Position numbers and translations under genes: made by a program
Source of the DNA: an uncultured Acidobacteriota bacterium
Lineage (GTDB): Bacteria > Acidobacteriota > UBA6911
Assembly: GCA_964534795.1 (NCBI GenBank)
Contig: CAZHQK010000215.1
Span: 1-13,626 of the forward strand
DNA: 13,626 nucleotides
Direction: 5' to 3'
The notes under the pieces: generated by a model
The model's input: the letters and a program-made list of their open reading frames with translations, nothing else
Told to the model about the DNA's origin: nothing
The model's database searches: none
Part shown: positions 7,447-13,626 of the stretch, piece after piece
How positions within the stretch are numbered: the first letter of the stretch is position 1
Layout: the number at the start of each line of letters is the position of its first letter

Positions 7447-8397
7447 CACCCGGACGTCGGGCGCGTCGACGATGACCTCGATGTGCCGGTAGCTGCCGTC
7501 CTTCCTCGGGTTGGTCGAGATGTAGCCCAGCGTATACTGGTTGCGCAGCTCCTCGTTCACCTCGGCGTAAACGTCGCCCAGCTGGCCGAAATTCTTCGGA
7601 TACAGCACGCGTCCCCCGGTCTCGTACGCCAGCTTGCGCAAGGCGTAGTCCGCCTGCAGGAACACTTCCTCCGGGATGCCGTCGTAGTAGCCCGCCATCT
7701 CCTTGTCGAAGAGTATCCGGTCGCGCACGGCCTGGGTCTTGCTGACGACGTACACCATCGCTTCGGAGCGCACCGCGGCGTCGAGCGCCTCCTTGTAGGT
7801 GACCGCACTGTTGTTGTCGAGGCCGTCGCTCATCAGGATCATGGCCTTCTTTTCCTTGACCCCGCTGAACACCTCGTTGGCGGTCACCCAGACTGCGTCC
7901 CACAGGTTGGTGAGATCCTTGCAGTAGATCGATCCCAGCACGGCATCCAGGCGGTCGATCTGCCGTCCCCAGTCCATCTTCAGGCGCGATTCCGTGTTGA
8001 AGGTGACAAGCGCGAATTGATCGTCGGCGTGCAGGTTTTCGAGGAATCTCCGGGTGGCGTACTTGATCGTCCCCCACTCGGAACGTACGCTGCCGCTGAT
8101 GTCGAGCACGATGGCGATGCGCGTGGGCACGCCTTCCTGGGCGAAGAGCAGGATCTCCTGGTCTTCGCCTTCCTCTTTGATGCGGAAGGCGCTCTGCGGC
8201 AGCCCCTTGACGAAGCCGCCGCCCGGCCGGCGCACCGTGACGGGCACGGTGACCATGTTGACCTCGACGCCGATCTTGTACTGCCCCTGCTGCTTGTCCT
8301 GAGAGGCGGGCGCCTGCGGGCGCGCCGAGGTCAGGAAGAGCGAGAATGCCGCCAGCGCCATGGCGCTGCGCAACGCAGTTTTGGTCGTGGGCATCAT
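7378..8397 (-). CDS. von Willebrand factor type A (VWA) domain protein with N-terminal signal peptide
   Basis: 339 aa. Signal peptide (MMPTTKTALRSAMALAAFSLFLTSA). N-terminal beta-sandwich-like segment (VNMVTVPVTVRRPGGGFVKGL). MIDAS-like DxSxS motif (VLDISGSV). The start ATG overlaps the mpl stop (ATGA). The 712-aa track ORF is an upstream extension in the same frame through mpl. Confidence 0.85.
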   Translation of the reverse strand: MMPTTKTALRSAMALAAFSLFLTSARPQAPASQDKQQGQYKIGVEVNMVTVPVTVRRPGGGFVKGLPQSAFRIKEEGEDQEILLFAQEGVPTRIAIVLDISGSVRSEWGTIKYATRRFLENLHADDQFALVTFNTESRLKMDWGRQIDRLDAVLGSIYCKDLTNLWDAVWVTANEVFSGVKEKKAMILMSDGLDNNSAVTYKEALDAAVRSEAMVYVVSKTQAVRDRILFDKEMAGYYDGIPEEVFLQADYALRKLAYETGGRVLYPKNFGQLGDVYAEVNEELRNQYTLGYISTNPRKDGSYRHIEVIVDAPDVRVSARPGYYAPREVATALPDPHVP

Positions 8398-9848
8398 GGT
8401 TGCCGCTCTTCCCCCGGCGGGCCGGCCGCCGCCGCTCGGCGGCGGAGTGCGGCGGGCAGTTTTTCGAATATGCCGCCGAAGCCTCCGTTGGACATGATCA
8501 CGATCAGGTCCCCCGGCCGCGCCTCCTCGCAGACCTTTTGAATTATAGCGTCCACGTCCGGGAGAATCCAGGCGGCGCGGCCGGCGCGTGTGAGATCGCC
8601 CGCGAGGCGCCCCAGGTCGAGCCGCTCGCCGGGAGCGATCTTCTCCGGCTTGTACAGCGGGGGAAGGGCGATGCAGTCGGCCGCGGCGAGCGCGTCGGCG
8701 ATTTCCTCCTGGAAAACGGCGCGCCGACTGGTAGCCGAGCGCGGTTCGTAGATCGCCCACAGGCGCGCCGGCGCGAAAGTCCGGCGCGCCGCCTGGAGCG
8801 TTTCCTTCACCGCGGTCGGATGGTGCGCGAAATCCTCGAATACCTTCACGCCTGCGACTTCCGCGAGCAGCTGCAGGCGCCGGCGCACGCCGCGGAACGA
8901 TTCCAGGGCGCCGCGGATGTCGTCCTCGGGCACTCCCAGGCGGTTCAGGACGGCGGCGGCGGCCAGCGCATTGCGGACATTGAAGGCGCCGTGCACGCTC
9001 ATGCGGCAGCGCCGGAAGAGCTTGCGGCGGTACAGGACGTCGAAACACGTCCTGTCGCCTTCGACCCGCACCTCGCGCGCGCACCAGTCGGCCTCGGTTC
9101 CCAGGCCGAAGGTTTCGACCCGGCAGTGGGCTCTGCGGCTGATTTCCACGGCCAGAGGGCTGTCGGCGCCCACCGCCAGGAAGCCGCGCTGCGGTATGAG
9201 ATTGACGAAACGGGCGAACTGCAGGCGCACCGCCTCCAGGTCCGGGTAGATGTCGGCATGGTCGAACTCGACATTGCCGACGACGGCCACCTGCGGCATG
9301 TAGTGGAGAAACTTCGGCCCCTTGTCGAAAAAGGCGGAGTCGTATTCGTCTCCCTCGACGACGAAGCAATCCCCGCCCTCCAGGCCGTAACTCGACTGGA
9401 AGTTCTCCGCGATGCCTCCGATCAGGAAATCCGGGCGCATGCCGGCGACATGGAGACCCCAGGCGATCATGGCGGTGGTCGTGGTCTTTCCGTGGGTGCC
9501 GCTGACGACCACGCACTTCTTTCCGCGCAGGAAGAAATCCTTGAGAGCCTCGGGGAAGGAGGCGTAGGGCAGCCCGAAATTCAGCACATACTCGATTTCG
9601 GGATTGCCGCGCGACAGCGCGTTCCCGATCACCACCAGATCCGGTTCCGGCTTGAGATTGGCTGTCCCGTAGCCCTGCGCCACGCGGATCCCGTGGGCGG
9701 CGAGAAAATCGCTCATCGGCGGATAGACGCTCTCGTCGGAGCCGGAAACCTCATATCCCCTGTCCTTGAGCATGGCGGCGAGCGAAGCCATCCCGGTGCC
9801 GCAGATTCCGCTCAAATGGATACGGTGAATCTTGTCGGGTGTCACCAT
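8394..9848 (-). CDS. mpl: UDP-N-acetylmuramate:L-alanyl-gamma-D-glutamyl-meso-diaminopimelate ligase (murein peptide ligase)
   Basis: 484 aa. Mur ligase family with an Mpl-type N-terminus (IHRIHLSGICGTGMASLAAML, rather than the MurC GIGGxGMSG). ATP-binding P-loop (VSGTHGKTTTTAMIA). An in-frame TGA lies immediately upstream of the ATG at 9848. Confidence 0.8.
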   Translation of the reverse strand: MVTPDKIHRIHLSGICGTGMASLAAMLKDRGYEVSGSDESVYPPMSDFLAAHGIRVAQGYGTANLKPEPDLVVIGNALSRGNPEIEYVLNFGLPYASFPEALKDFFLRGKKCVVVSGTHGKTTTTAMIAWGLHVAGMRPDFLIGGIAENFQSSYGLEGGDCFVVEGDEYDSAFFDKGPKFLHYMPQVAVVGNVEFDHADIYPDLEAVRLQFARFVNLIPQRGFLAVGADSPLAVEISRRAHCRVETFGLGTEADWCAREVRVEGDRTCFDVLYRRKLFRRCRMSVHGAFNVRNALAAAAVLNRLGVPEDDIRGALESFRGVRRRLQLLAEVAGVKVFEDFAHHPTAVKETLQAARRTFAPARLWAIYEPRSATSRRAVFQEEIADALAAADCIALPPLYKPEKIAPGERLDLGRLAGDLTRAGRAAWILPDVDAIIQKVCEEARPGDLIVIMSNGGFGGIFEKLPAALRRRAAAAGPPGEERQP

Positions 9849-9861
9849 GGGGCGTCATTGG

Positions 9862-9959
9862 ATCACAGGCTGCGGCGGGAAACAAACAGCTTCTCGCGCT
9901 CGATCTCCCGAGGACCGCGGGCGCCGGCGGGCGGTTTCCCGCGCCGGGCGTCCTGTGAT
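9862..9959. promoter_or_regulatory. Imperfect ~100-bp palindrome between mpl and the small Cys-rich ORF
   Basis: The left arm ATCACAGGCTGCGGCGGGAAAC (9862-9883) is the reverse complement of the right arm GTTTCCCGCGCCGGGCGTCCTGTGAT (9934-9959), except for a short central mismatch. The right arm runs into a TGTGATAAT extended -10-like element (9954-9962), 12 nt before the ATG at 9975. Confidence 0.4.
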
Positions 9960-9974
9960 AATTTATTAGCGGCC

Positions 9975-10187
9975 ATGGACCCATTTCGGCTGGTTGTCGA
10001 GAAGAAGCCGCGCGACGAGCGCAAGATCGAGCAGATCTGCCGCAGCTTCGACATGGACTGCGTCGATCTGGACCACGAAGCCTGCTGGCGGGGCGACCGC
10101 GGGGTGATGCCCTGTTGCGGCCTGGTGGTCGAGTTCGAGAGGGAACGGGGCATCTGCCCGTTCCTCTGGCTCAAGTGCAGCCGGTGA
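9975..10187 (+). CDS. Small cysteine-rich hypothetical protein (70 aa, 7 Cys)
   Basis: MDPFRLVVEKKPRDERKIEQICRSFDMDCVDLDHEACWRGDRGVMPCCGLVVEFERERGICPFLWLKCSR. About 90% G/C at third codon positions, a strong coding signal in this genome. No family recognised. No Shine-Dalgarno sequence is visible, so the transcript may have a short or no leader. Confidence 0.5.
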   Translation: MDPFRLVVEKKPRDERKIEQICRSFDMDCVDLDHEACWRGDRGVMPCCGLVVEFERERGICPFLWLKCSR

Positions 10188-10227
10188 CCTTGCCGCTTCG
10201 GCACGCGGGCGCGGCGAGTCGAGCCCG

Positions 10228-11676
10228 CTAGCTCTCCTCTGTTTTCCGAGCCTTGATTTCGGGCACCAGTTCGACGAGCTTTTTCAGATCGATCCCCGAG
10301 AGGCTTTCCACGACCGCCGGCAGCTGGGCCATGATCTCCGCGATCTCGCGCGTGATCTTGCCGGCGCCCATGCCGCCGTCGCCGGTGCTGACCATGGTGA
10401 TCGACTGGGTCTTGGCGAGCGGCGCGGCGATCTTTTCGGCGATTTCGGGCAGTGCCTGCAGCACGAGCTGGATCACCGCCGCCTGGTTGTATTCCTTCCA
10501 CGAAGCCGCCTTTTTCGCCATCGCTTCCGCTTCCGCCCTTCCCTTGACGGCGATCACCTCGGCTTCGGCGCTGCCCGTCGCCTTGACCACGTCGGCCTGC
10601 GCCAGCCCCTGGGCGCGCCTGGCTTCGGCCTGGCCGCGCGCTTCCGTCTCGAACTTGAACCTGTTGGCTTCCGCCTCGGTCTGGATGCGGTAGCGTTCGG
10701 CATCGGCCTGCCGTTTGACGGTGGCCTCGAGCTCCTTCTCGCGGCGCAGGATCTCGCGCTCCTGGACCACGATCTGCTGCTCTTTCTCGACGACGGCGAC
10801 CTGCACTTCTTCTTTTTTCAGCGCCTGGCTGGTCTTGTAGCGCTGCAGGTCGTAGGCCAGGTCGGCCTGCGCCTTGGCCTCGTTGGTCTGGGCGTCGAAC
10901 GCGGCCTTCTGCAGCAGGAAGTTTTTCTGGGCTTCGGCGATCCGGGTCTCGGCCTCGTACTTGGCGATCTCCCCGGCCTGGCGTGCCTGGGCGGAGCGGA
11001 TGGCGGCGTCGCGGTCGGCCTCCGCCTGCGCGATGGTGGCGTCGCGCTTCACCTCGGCGGTGCGCGGCTTGCCCAGAGCCTCCAGATAGCCGTGGTTGTC
11101 GCGGATGTCCTTGAGCGTGAAGGAGACTATCTTCAGGCCCATGTTCGCCAGGTCGGAGACCGCCACTTCCTGGACCGACGAGGCGAACTGGTCGCGGTTC
11201 TTGTAGATGTCCTCGACCGTCATGGTGCCCACGATCGCCCGCAGGTGCCCCTCGACGGTCTGCAGGGCGATCTCCTTGATCTGTTCGGGCGATTTGCCCA
11301 GGAACTGCTCGGCCGCCGTGCGGATCGACTGCTCGTCGCCTCCCACCTTCACCTGCGCGACGCCGTCGACGATGATGGGGACGCCCGGCTTGGTGTAGAC
11401 CTCCGGGGTGGTGATGTCGAGCGTGATGATCTCCAGGCTCAGCAGGTCGACCTTTTCTATCAGCGGAAGGATAAAGGCGCCGCCGCCGCGCCGGATGCGG
11501 AATCCGACCTCGTCGACGGTGCCGTCGGGATTCTTGATCCGGTACTTGCGGCCGGAGATCACCATCACCATGTTCGGGCCGACCTTCTTGTAGCGGCGGG
11601 CCACCGCATAGACCGCCAGGATGAAGGCCAGCGCCAGACCTGCGATCACCATGACAACGCTGACTTCGCTTCCCAT
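10228..11676 (-). CDS. Flotillin-family (SPFH/band 7) protein
   Basis: 482 aa. N-terminal transmembrane helix, SPFH domain, long Ala/Glu-rich coiled-coil (EA-repeat region) and C-terminal tail. A GAGGTGA Shine-Dalgarno sequence lies inside the 3' end of the upstream nfeD gene. Only 2 nt separate the nfeD stop from the flotillin ATG. The 669-aa track ORF is an upstream in-frame extension across nfeD. Confidence 0.9.
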   Translation of the reverse strand: MGSEVSVVMVIAGLALAFILAVYAVARRYKKVGPNMVMVISGRKYRIKNPDGTVDEVGFRIRRGGGAFILPLIEKVDLLSLEIITLDITTPEVYTKPGVPIIVDGVAQVKVGGDEQSIRTAAEQFLGKSPEQIKEIALQTVEGHLRAIVGTMTVEDIYKNRDQFASSVQEVAVSDLANMGLKIVSFTLKDIRDNHGYLEALGKPRTAEVKRDATIAQAEADRDAAIRSAQARQAGEIAKYEAETRIAEAQKNFLLQKAAFDAQTNEAKAQADLAYDLQRYKTSQALKKEEVQVAVVEKEQQIVVQEREILRREKELEATVKRQADAERYRIQTEAEANRFKFETEARGQAEARRAQGLAQADVVKATGSAEAEVIAVKGRAEAEAMAKKAASWKEYNQAAVIQLVLQALPEIAEKIAAPLAKTQSITMVSTGDGGMGAGKITREIAEIMAQLPAVVESLSGIDLKKLVELVPEIKARKTEES

Positions 11677-11678
11677 AG

Positions 11679-12263
11679 TCACCTCGTGGCGAGCGGCGCG
11701 CCCGGCTTGGGCGCGGGTGCATCCGGGTTCGCCTCCACCGGCTGCACATAGCAGATGTTTCCGACCACGCGCACGATGGTCGCAACCGCATCCCGCCCGA
11801 CCGACTTGCCGTCGACCGAGCGGGCGGGCGTGCAGATGCGCGTTCCCTTGGCGATCACCGCCACCTCGCCCGTGCCGTTTTCCGGGATCGGCGTGATCAC
11901 CTGGACGACCTTGCCGACCATGTCGTTCAGCGAATACTCGCTGCCGGCCTGGGTGCTCTTGAAAAGCAGATCGAGGACGAGAAAGGTGCCGCCGCTCAGG
12001 AGCAGGCCGGTCAGCACGGCCACGGCCACTCCCCTGCCCAGCGAGAGCTGGAGATAGGAATTGGCAACCATGCCGCCCCCGCCGAAGCCCGCGAGAAAGG
12101 TGGCAATGATCGTGGGGCTCAAGGGAGTGATGGGCAGATCGGTTCCGACGTCCATGTGCGTATCGCCGACATCGCCCCCGAACAGGTGCCCTGAAAGGCC
12201 CACGACGATGGCGTAGCCCAGGCCGAGGACGAAACACAGGAAGTAAATGACCCCCACGGACAT
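11679..12263 (-). CDS. NfeD-like membrane protein (short form, YuaF/YqiJ type), flotillin partner
   Basis: 194 aa. N-terminal transmembrane segments. C-terminal OB-fold beta-barrel (VGKVVQVITPIPENGTGEVAVIAKGTRICTPARSVDGKSVGRDAVATIVRVVGNICYVQPV). A GGAGGG Shine-Dalgarno sequence lies 8 nt upstream. Classic nfeD-flotillin gene order. Confidence 0.8.
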   Translation of the reverse strand: MSVGVIYFLCFVLGLGYAIVVGLSGHLFGGDVGDTHMDVGTDLPITPLSPTIIATFLAGFGGGGMVANSYLQLSLGRGVAVAVLTGLLLSGGTFLVLDLLFKSTQAGSEYSLNDMVGKVVQVITPIPENGTGEVAVIAKGTRICTPARSVDGKSVGRDAVATIVRVVGNICYVQPVEANPDAPAPKPGAPLATR

Positions 12264-12299
12264 CGGACTACCCTCCGGGCGATGCGCGATCGCTTGAAT

Positions 12300-12629
12300 T
12301 TACTCGCCTGGAGCGAATTCTATGCGAATCGGGCGTCGATTGGTACTCTTTTGCGGCAGCGCGTTGCCCCATGCCGAAGGCAGCGGGCGGAGTGCGGCGC
12401 CCACTTCCATCCGCATGCCCATGCCCTGGTTCGCGAGGGCGTTCTCACCCCCATTAGCGAGCTCCTGCCGCTTGCCGCTCCCGACACGGCTGCCGCAGCG
12501 ACGCAAGGGCGCCTGCTTGCCGCTTTCGGCGAAGCCGCGCATGTGGCGCCCGGCCTTGTAGTCCTGGACCGCCCGCTGTGGGACTCCAGGCGCTGAAAAA
12601 GGTTTAAAATCCGGGAGAAGTTGCCGCAT
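12300..12629 (-). CDS. Possible small hypothetical protein (about 109 aa, Gly/Ala/Arg-rich) immediately upstream of nfeD
   Basis: Same strand as nfeD and 36 nt upstream of it. Third-codon G/C is clearly higher in this frame than in the codon-aligned antisense ORF (12282..12596 +). The start is uncertain (ATGs at 12629 or 12683). No recognisable domain. Confidence 0.3.
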   Translation of the reverse strand: MRQLLPDFKPFSAPGVPQRAVQDYKAGRHMRGFAESGKQAPLRRCGSRVGSGKRQELANGGENALANQGMGMRMEVGAALRPLPSAWGNALPQKSTNRRPIRIEFAPGE

Positions 12630-12808
12630 ACTTGCTTCATGGTTGGGCCTCCATGGGTTGGTATCGGTCTCCTCCAACATCACCCGGAAGGGGCTCGACC
12701 TGTCCTCATCCCTGAATCTCGCGGGTTCGTCGAGAAGCCGATTTGGACAAGAATAGGTTGCAACCTTGCGATCGATTGCCTTTAGCTGCTTTTAGCAATC
12801 AACAAAAT

Positions 12809-13387
12809 ATGATTGTCAAAGAAACGTATTATTTCGACGCCCCGGGCCCGCAAAATACCGACCTCGTTATCCAGGCCGTCAGAAAGCGCATCCGGGAACT
12901 GGGCATTCAACACGTGGTGGTTGCTTCCACGACTGGCGCCACTGCCATGAAGGTATGGGAGCAATTGAAAGACCTCCACTTGGCAATTGTTTGCGTGGGG
13001 GAGCACTACGGGTTCTGGGGCGGCGATACACAACAATTTTCCGATGCGACTCGGCAGGAATTGGAGAACAGAGGCGTCAGAGTATTTATCGGCTCGCACG
13101 CCCTCAGCGGTGTAGCCCGAGCGATCACCAATAAGTTCAAAGGGATCAGCCATACCGAAATCATCGCCCATACCCTGCGCCAGTTGGGACAGGGGATCAA
13201 GGTCTGCGTGGAGATCGCCGTCATGGCGGCCGATGCCGGGCTGATCCCCACCGATCGTGAAGTGGTGGCAATCGGCGGAACTGGCAAAGGGGCTGACTCG
13301 GCTGTGGTGCTCAAGCCGGCCCACATGCACAATTATTTTGATCTGGAAATTCGGGAGATAATTGCCAAGCCGAGGCAGAACTCCTGA
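12809..13387 (+). CDS. PK_C-like (pyruvate kinase alpha/beta-domain-like) small protein, function unknown
   Basis: About 192 aa from MIVKETYYFDAPGPQN. Resembles the C-terminal domain of pyruvate kinase (VVVASTTGATAMK ... VFIGSHALSG ... VVAIGGTGKG). The track ORF starts at 12743, but the first 22 codons look non-coding. Distinctly lower GC and different codon usage from the rest of the window. Confidence 0.6.
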   Translation: MIVKETYYFDAPGPQNTDLVIQAVRKRIRELGIQHVVVASTTGATAMKVWEQLKDLHLAIVCVGEHYGFWGGDTQQFSDATRQELENRGVRVFIGSHALSGVARAITNKFKGISHTEIIAHTLRQLGQGIKVCVEIAVMAADAGLIPTDREVVAIGGTGKGADSAVVLKPAHMHNYFDLEIREIIAKPRQNS

Positions 13388-13598
13388 CGGCATGAAGTAA
13401 TCGGCTTTCCTTCGATGATTGGGCGAACTCCTGCAGCCCCTTCCGGATGAAACCGGCAACCTTCTTGTCGTCCGCAACGACAGAAGAGTGCGCACGCTGC
13501 GCCTCCCGCTGGATTCGACATTGAGTATAACAGTGACGGGGAGTCCGGGCGGCGGAGGCCCCGGCTCTGAACTGAGCTCGCTTTGAGTGTCAACTTCA

Positions 13599-13626
13599 GG
13601 GGCCAAGGGGTAAAGGGGCCAAGGGG
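13599..13626. repeat. Tandem direct repeat GGGGCCAAGGGG-TAAA-GGGGCCAAGGGG, truncated by the window end
   Basis: Two identical 12-mers with a 16-bp period, seen directly. The array may continue beyond the window. Confidence 0.5.

Noticed and set aside
9862-9959. CRP/FNR-type site (TGTGA...TCACA)
   Set aside because: The half-sites ATCACA and TGTGAT are present but about 85 bp apart rather than 6 bp. I interpret them as arms of a long palindrome, not a CRP box.
8346-10187. 613-aa plus-strand ORF
   Set aside because: It is antisense to mpl for most of its length. Only the last 70 codons (from the ATG at 9975) show coding-like codon bias and are reported as the small Cys-rich ORF.
9863-12237. 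ORFs 9863..11791 (-) and the N-terminal extension of 10228..12237 (-)
   Set aside because: These are off-frame Arg/Gly-rich translations over flotillin/NfeD. The true flotillin starts at 11676 with a Shine-Dalgarno sequence and is preceded by NfeD in a different frame.
12282-12596. 104-aa plus-strand ORF antisense to the putative small ORF upstream of nfeD
   Set aside because: It is codon-aligned antisense to 12300..12629 (-). The minus frame has clearly higher third-position G/C and operon context, so the plus ORF is considered the shadow. Neither is confidently real.
13447-13524. 25-aa ORF MKPATFLSSATTEECARCASRWIRH downstream of the PK_C-like gene
   Set aside because: Too short. There is no Shine-Dalgarno sequence and no supporting context, so it is probably noise.
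12782-13606. 274-aa minus-strand ORF antisense to the PK_C-like gene
   Set aside because: The translation is low-complexity and lacks motifs. The plus-strand gene has the recognisable PK_C-like signature.
13599-13626. CRISPR array
   Set aside because: Only two 12-bp copies with a 4-bp spacer. That is far too short for CRISPR repeats or spacers. It is a simple tandem repeat cut by the window edge.

Overview
This is a high-GC bacterial chromosomal window. Composition and the VWA protein architecture suggest an Acidobacteria-like or deltaproteobacterial genome. From the sequence I can support about 17 protein-coding genes and no rRNA, tRNA or CRISPR. Left to right: a 5'-truncated tandem-domain universal stress protein; pgsA overlapped by ATGA with a standalone AMMECR1-domain gene; a convergent exported protein; rmlC; an orphan NarL/LuxR-type response regulator whose receiver lacks the acidic Mg-binding pair; a PilZ-domain protein; an ECF sigma factor divergent from UDP-glucose 6-dehydrogenase (with a near-consensus sigma70 promoter); a signal-peptide VWA protein overlapped by ATGA with mpl (murein peptide ligase); a 70-aa cysteine-rich ORF with strong codon bias; and a flotillin(SPFH)-NfeD operon preceded by a possible small ORF. 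The last ~900 bp is visibly lower in GC with different codon usage (a PK_C-like gene) and ends in a tandem repeat cut by the window edge. Most other long ORFs in the six-frame track are frame artefacts typical of high-GC DNA. I rank three candidates for something undescribed: (1) the cysteine-rich mini-protein, the 100-bp palindrome in front of it, and the convergent flotillin/NfeD module; (2) the rmlC/atypical response regulator/PilZ/ECF/ugd regulatory cluster; (3) the low-GC terminal segment. I cannot establish novelty without database searches.
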